Positions 39,801 to 45,283 of a DNA stretch of 45,283 bases are shown one piece after another. The notes beneath the pieces were generated by a model. The model did no database searches. It saw nothing but the letters and a program-made list of their open reading frames with translations, and was not told the DNA's origin. Each line of letters begins with the position of its first letter. Position 1 is the stretch's first letter. A program made the position numbers and the translations under genes. Origin of the DNA: a virus (Duplodnaviria > Caudoviricetes); IMG/VR virus record IMGVR_UViG_3300032270_001188, positions 1 through 45,283 of that record. One strand, written 5' to 3'.

Positions 39801-42800
39801 AAGAAATGCGCGTTTCATTCAAGGACGGTGGAACCTACATCTACGAAGGTGTTGACCGAGAAACATTTGATGGCTTCAGTGACGCCCCAAGTAAGGGTCG
39901 TGCGATGAATGAAATCAAGCGCGCATACCCGTACCGCAAGGACAGCGAGTGGGCTGGTGGCGGCGACGATGACGGTGGCGTAGAAGAGTTTGATGTTCGT
40001 GGCTCAGACGCAGTTGAGAAGGTCAGTTACGATCCAGAAACAGAAGACCTCTTGGTCGTTTATGCAGGCGGCAAGGGCTATGTCTACAAAGGGGTAACTA
40101 GAGAAGAAGCAGATGCCGTTCGCTCAGCACCAAGTAAGGGTCGAGCAATCAATGATGTCAAGCGTGCTCATGAGGTGCGCCTGTTGAAGGGCGAAGATAT
40201 TCGCCTATTCGGTGGCAAGAAAGATTCACCAAGAACAGATGAAGCCACGACTCCCGATGTAGATGAACTGCGAACTTTCATTGACGAGCAAGAGGGCTTG
40301 CTTGAGGCCATGGAATTGAACGGTGAGTCAGCAGACAAACTTGCTCAACAGAGAAAACTTATAGAGAAGGCAAAACTTGATCTATCAACAGGTGGCACAA
40401 CAACGATTGATCCAGCGCCAGTAGCAAAGCCAAGGATTCCTACCAGCAAGCCGCCACGCGGTGGTAAGCGTGTTCGTAATCGCAATGTCGTCATCTCAAT
40501 GGAACAGGGCGACCTTGATGAAATTATCGCAGCAGAATCAGGTGGCACAACAGTAGATGCACTTCGTGCCGCTAAGGGTGTTGGCAAATACACCAAGGGA
40601 CCACGCAAGGGAAAGCGTAGAGGCCCAGACACCATTGCTGTACGCGATGCCGAAACAGGCGAACTACTCCATTTCAACGAAATTGAACTAACCAGTTCTT
40701 CGGCAAGAGGCTATGTCGGTCGAAAGCAAGGTCAGTCACCAACTGGTAAAAAGCGTGGCTTCATAAGAGCACGTTCTTATACTGGTCGTCAGAATCACAA
40801 GATTGTCGGCGACGAGGGTCCAAGCTTGCGTGGTGAGGGCAAGGGTATGACTGAGTACGACAAGCGCGTATATGGTCTCGGCTCAGATGAAAAGAACCGC
40901 GAATTTGGTCTTGCCTCAACTGGCTCCGAATCAACCCCGTACGACTATTTAGATATTTTTGCAAAGCCAACGCCAAGAGAGGAATTGAGAAATTACGAAA
41001 ACTATCTTGACTCTGAGTACGGCAACGACTTCATGGATTACACCCAAATGTCTGACGAAGAAGTCAAGCAAGAGGTAATGAGAAATTACCGAATGAGTCG
41101 TAGCGAAGCAAATGCATTTGTCAAAAAGTTGCGTAAAGATGAAGATACATACGATGACTTGTGGATAGCGGCAGACAATGCAAGCGATGACGAAGATGGC
41201 TTTGCTTCACGCGCTATGTCAGATTCTGCTAGAAACCCAGACGGTGATACTTTTGGATCCTTCAAGAAGGTTATCGCAAGAGAATCTGGTTACAAGTTTG
41301 ACGATTTAGATGATGATTACCAAGAGGAAATTTACAATGCCTTCCTAGATGGCACTGCTGATCCAGTAATGATCGCTAACGACATCGCCGATGAGATGGA
41401 TGCAGCATCAGATGACTACAAAGAGCGTCAGATCGGATTCGGTTCGCGTGGTGAGGGAAATGGACCTTGGGGTTCCAGTATGGGTATTGACCCTGATGAC
41501 CCTGAACTTGATGACACATTTGTTGAAGGATACATACTTGACCATGTCAGTGACGGTGAAATTGAATTTGAAAAGTTTGAACGTTGGAACAATAGAAGCA
41601 AGGAACCACTGAGTGATTCTGAACTTCAAGATTTATATGACAGACACAATTCTGACGACGATGCCATTAGAGCAATAGCGAATGATGAAGTAGCTTCACG
41701 TTTCTTTGATGACCTAGTAGACGACCAATACGACAACATGGTTGATGCTCAAAATTCTAAATACGAACCCGACTACGAAGACTACGAGAGAAGTCGTGAC
41801 GGCTTTGCCTCACGTGGGGACAGGGAACTTGCAAAACTCGATGATGACACCGCAGGAAGATACAAGGCAGCCAAAGACAAACTCAATGCACCAGTCGTAA
41901 AGGGAGAAAAGAGCCCAATATTGGGCATGAGCTCATATGATTTTGACACCTGGCGCGATGGTGGTTCCAAGTTTGTCAGACGTTCTGACTCAACCTATGA
42001 CATCTACGGTCCTGTCAATATGCCGATTTACCAAGACGAGGCAACGTTCAATACTCTATTTGCTGACCAAATAGTCAAGGATTTCTCTAGAAGCGACCTG
42101 ACGATTGAGGAACTCGCAGACCGATTTGATCTCACGCCAACCCAGGTTTATGAAGTTCTTGACAATGCCAAGGAAGATATGCTCAGCCTTGATGGGGTTC
42201 GTGCAGGAAAGTATCGTGCCGATCCTTACCGAATTGAACAACTTGAGAAAGTGGAAAAGATTTTTGTTGGTGATCGCAAACATACGGACATTCCTGAACC
42301 AACCGGTGAAGCGCTTGCGAAAAAACAACAAAGATTGGAAATCCAGCGCGCTAATACAGAAAATGACGCCACACGAAAGAAATACAACGACGCACTCAGG
42401 GAACTACAATACTCCGATGAGTACACCCAGGTAGAAACCGGTTACAACAAAACCCGAAGAGAGAACGAACAACGCGAGTACTGGCTTGAAAAAGACAGAC
42501 TGCTCCAAAGCAACGTGGACGACCTTGAGGGGACAGACGAAGACAACTTGTCCATCCTTACCAATGCACTTGCTGGCGATGACATTCTTGAAATACTCAA
42601 AGAGTCGGGATTGGATTTCAATGATCCAACCAGCGATTGGTACGAGGATGACAATGGGATCATGCGTGATGAAGATGGCGACGAAGTCAGTTATGAAGAT
42701 CTCTATTGGGACAACTTTGATGTTGACCTTGAAGATCTGAGCGCCGAGGAACGTGAAAGTCTTAGCGATGCTGTAGAGGCGACTAAGAATTTGATTCGCA

Positions 42801-45283
42801 CACGAGCACAAGATGCCAAAAAAGAGTTGGGTCTCTCGGATAACCCCAGTGCATCAGACATCAACATGGCAATCAGGGCAAGAAACACTGCCGCCCGAGA
42901 GCCACTTACAAAGCTTGAGAAAGAACTCAGCAAAAAGTTCCCACTAGTTCCCGTTCCAGATGAACAACCAAGGTCTTCACTTTACGGCATCGTGGATGCA
43001 GATGGCAACAAGATTGACTATAGAAAACTTGCCACTGAGTACGAAAAAATCCGAGAAGCTCGCCGCGCCGAATTCCTTGCCCGCAGAGAAGAGGATGGTT
43101 TTGCATCTAGTTCAACGACAAAACCATCTGTTGATGCCGAGACACAAAAGAATATTGAGAGAGCATCGCTTGGCCAGTTGGCAGAAATGATCCAAGACGA
43201 CTTGGATGAGCAGGGCAAGAAACTGTACTTTGGAGCAGTTCCATATGTTGATGCTCTATCAACCATGAACTCCATGGACGACCGTTACGGTGCTGACTCA
43301 GCACAAAGCATCGTCGCCTACACACTGAGCAACTTGTCAACCTATAGGGGTGCCAAGGCTCGGGCAATCAAGGCAGAACTCAAGAAGAGACTTGATGGCA
43401 AAGTTGACAAGGATGGCTTTGGCTCTCGCGGGGGAGCATATAAGAAATATGATTCTGGCTGGGATGGCATCATTCAATCCCTAGAGACTGCGCCCGACAT
43501 GAATGCTGCTCGTGCGTTCCCAAGTTGGGACGATTTGGATTACGACGAACAGAATGAATTTGTTCACGAACTCGACTACGACTACATGTACGACAAGCAC
43601 GGGGATCTTGGCGATGACGGAATTGATGACGCCATTGCGACCGGCCAGTACGACGATGAGATTAACGAACATGCCGCCATGGTGTGGGACACAATCACTG
43701 AACGAAAAGAAAAAGAACGCCTTACCGCTGCTGTCACTGGTCCAGCGAAAGACGACGAGGTTGGCAAGTTTTACACCGTTGACCACTGGTACAACAATGA
43801 TGCACGACACGATGAATTCCTAGATCGTGCAGATGGGGATCTTGGCGAAGCCATGAGGCTGTCCTACGAGGACTTCCTTGATGGCTTTGGCTCAATGGGT
43901 TCAGATGACGAAGAATTGTTCTATGACGACGAAAGACGTCCGCGTAGAGGATCTAGGAAGTTTGCATCCAACCGTGAGTACGGAGAGGACAACGAAGAGG
44001 CTGCAAATATGCGCCGAAGAGATGACGGCGATGGCTTTGCATCGGATGGCTGGACCAAAACCAGTGATGGGGTCGAGATGGACGCACCAGATATTGATGG
44101 CGTCTATCAGATACAGGGAAGCAATAACGAAGGGTTTGTAGTTACTAGGTACTCGGATGCCTTCCGAAATGGTGGTCAGGACGGACAGGAATACGAACAC
44201 AACAGAGTGTTCAAATCTAGAGCCGCTGCCAAGAATTGGGCAGAAAAAGATTACGACAAGATAATCGAAAACATGAGCGGTGCTGATGAGTACATGAGCG
44301 AAGATGGCTTTGCCTCAGGTGGCCGAATCCGAATGTCAAACGGCGACCCGCAAATGGACATATGGGTTTCTGACGAAGGCGATGAATACTACGAAGCAAC
44401 AAGGGACGGTTATTACCCAATTGAAGGTGTTAGAAGAACCAGCAATTCAAGGGGCAGATATTACCCAGAATCGGGAGCAACCTATGGTGGAACAGGTTTG
44501 GACGATGATCAGAAAAAAGAAATTGCTGAAACACTCAAGGGGTCAACAGATCCGTTCATTCAGAAATTATTAGGAGATTTAGAATTTCGCGGACGCCTTT
44601 CCGACAAGCAGTGGGGAATCCTAAAGGGAAGAGCAGACAGGGAAAAGAAAAAGACTGCTTCCAAAAAACCAAGTGGTTTCGTTAGCAATGTACGAAATGG
44701 TGGCACCATCGCACCAGGTGCCCGACCAGTAGTTTCTGCTGGCAAGGATCCTTTCGTCACCCCAACAAGTGAACAGATAGCCGATATAGCCGGACTTGAG
44801 AAAATCATAAGCGAAGCAAAATACAATGGTCAGGCTCTCAGATTCAACTACAACGGCAAGGAAAGAGAAGTATTCCCTGTCAACACTTACACCAACCCTA
44901 AAACGGGCAAAGTCAACATGGTTGGGCAAGATGCCGAAGGTGTACAAAAGACATTCACGATTGACAAGATGAGTCCTAGCGAGATGGCATCAAGCACAAA
45001 CGACGGCTTTGCATCGGGCAGTGATGAGTATACGAACCTTCAGTTCAGCAGAGAAGATTTGGGAAAGATTCTTGACAGATTCAGGCAACGGCCAGAGTTT
45101 CAAGAATGGATGGAAGTCCAGGATGAACTTGAAAGACGCATGAGGCGCTCCGATCTTCCCCGCAGTAGATTCACAGAGCTTGACAAAGAAGAGACGAGAC
45201 TAGACAAGATCGCAAACGTGGCTCGTCAGCAAGTAATCGAAGAGCTTCTTTATGAAGGCGAGATAAGCCTGCTGGATGACGGA
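33896..45283 (+). CDS. Giant prohead-protease-fused polyvalent protein / polyprotein (partial, >=3796 aa)
   Basis: Not in the track (no stop before the window end). ATGATG at 33896/33899; manual translation found no in-frame stop up to ...SLLDDG at 45283. All plus-strand track ORFs here are in another frame. Confidence 0.92.
   Translation, partial: [3796 protein letters not shown]
33950..34400 (+). other. HK97-type prohead (maturation) serine protease domain
   Basis: [26 protein letters not shown] (His at 34076), EWSIGY (Ser at 34268), [12 protein letters not shown]; position directly after the portal. Confidence 0.92.
36722..37690 (+). other. ArdC-like module: ArdC-N ssDNA-binding domain plus zincin metallopeptidase (MPTase)
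   Basis: WKPSW..[52 protein letters not shown] (HExxH at 37316), [20 protein letters not shown]. Confidence 0.9.
37727..40180 (+). other. Four KTSC-like domains (about 37727-38030 with insert, 39083-39260, 39761-39940, 40004-40180)
   Basis: For example [31 protein letters not shown]...[12 protein letters not shown]; all share S.A...Y......L.V.[FY]...Y.Y..V...S.G+..N.[ILV]K. Confidence 0.8.
38408..38700 (+). other. DUF2958-like domain
   Basis: [18 protein letters not shown]...[42 protein letters not shown]...VERDTSF. Confidence 0.8.
42070..42165 (+). other. Helix-turn-helix motif within the giant protein
   Basis: [31 protein letters not shown]. Confidence 0.6.
44795..44975 (+). other. WYL-like (Sm/SH3-fold) domain within the giant protein
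   Basis: [32 protein letters not shown]...[19 protein letters not shown] parallels the WYL pattern I..A......+.F.Y....R.V.P......+F.+D++. Confidence 0.55.

Larger units (their letters stand above)
35825..45016 (+). repeat. Dispersed peptide motif G-[F/L]-[A/G]-S (consensus D-G-F-A-S-x-G), at least 18 copies
   Basis: Gly codon positions. GFAS: 35825, 36707, 37691, 38129, 38357, 38708, 41198, 41801, 43097, 44033, 44306, 45005. GLAS: 36464, 39035, 40907. GFGS: 41435, 43415, 43883. Weaker: GLGS 40874, GFVS 44675. Confidence 0.93.

Noticed and set aside
33934-44947. Dozens of short track ORFs, including 38631..39335 (+, 234 aa), suggesting a fragmented or recoded region
   Set aside because: All are alternative-frame or antisense shadows of the single open frame from 33896. 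No stop-codon reassignment or pseudogene is needed.
35825-45016. GFAS as a known Prp (F/AS, ribosomal L27 and staphylococcal phage capsid) or prepilin-peptidase (G/F) site
   Set aside because: The upstream LxLQxF context needed by Prp and the hydrophobic helix after prepilin G/F sites are both absent. The resemblance is noted but does not identify the enzyme or the scissile bond.
1-45283. Host assignment to Actinobacteria
   Set aside because: Only circumstantial hints (r1t-like holin, tape measure peptidase, possible leaderless starts); cannot be established from this window.

Overview
Segment of a tailed dsDNA bacteriophage with a contractile (myovirus-type) tail and an HK97-type portal and protease. 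No tRNA, rRNA, CRISPR, integrase or host genes were seen. The minus-strand arm (31569 to <1) reads: terminase large subunit; a recombination block (Rad52/Sak-like annealase, Cas4/RecB-like exonuclease, HNH, RuvC); a ParB / PAPS-reductase-like / ParB (IbrAB-like) cassette; head-tail joining genes; sheath; tube; a tail assembly chaperone with a probable -1 frameshift; a tape measure with a C-terminal M15-like peptidase; baseplate; putative holin; and fibre genes, the last a >1240-aa Mtd_N-type fibre that runs off the left edge. The divergent plus-strand arm holds a small membrane protein, the portal and a giant ORF absent from the supplied track (33896 to >45283, >=3796 codons, no stop in my manual translation). 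That ORF starts with an HK97-family prohead protease and continues as a chain of modules (ArdC-N plus zincin MPTase, four KTSC domains, DUF2958, HTH, WYL-like, very acidic mini-domains). At least 18 copies of a G-[F/L]-[A/G]-S motif, typically DGFASRG, fall at module boundaries. The best candidate for a new system is therefore a capsid-protease-fused polyprotein cut at a repeated motif to load many putative anti-defence proteins into the virion. Family calls come from motif recognition by eye, not from database searches.
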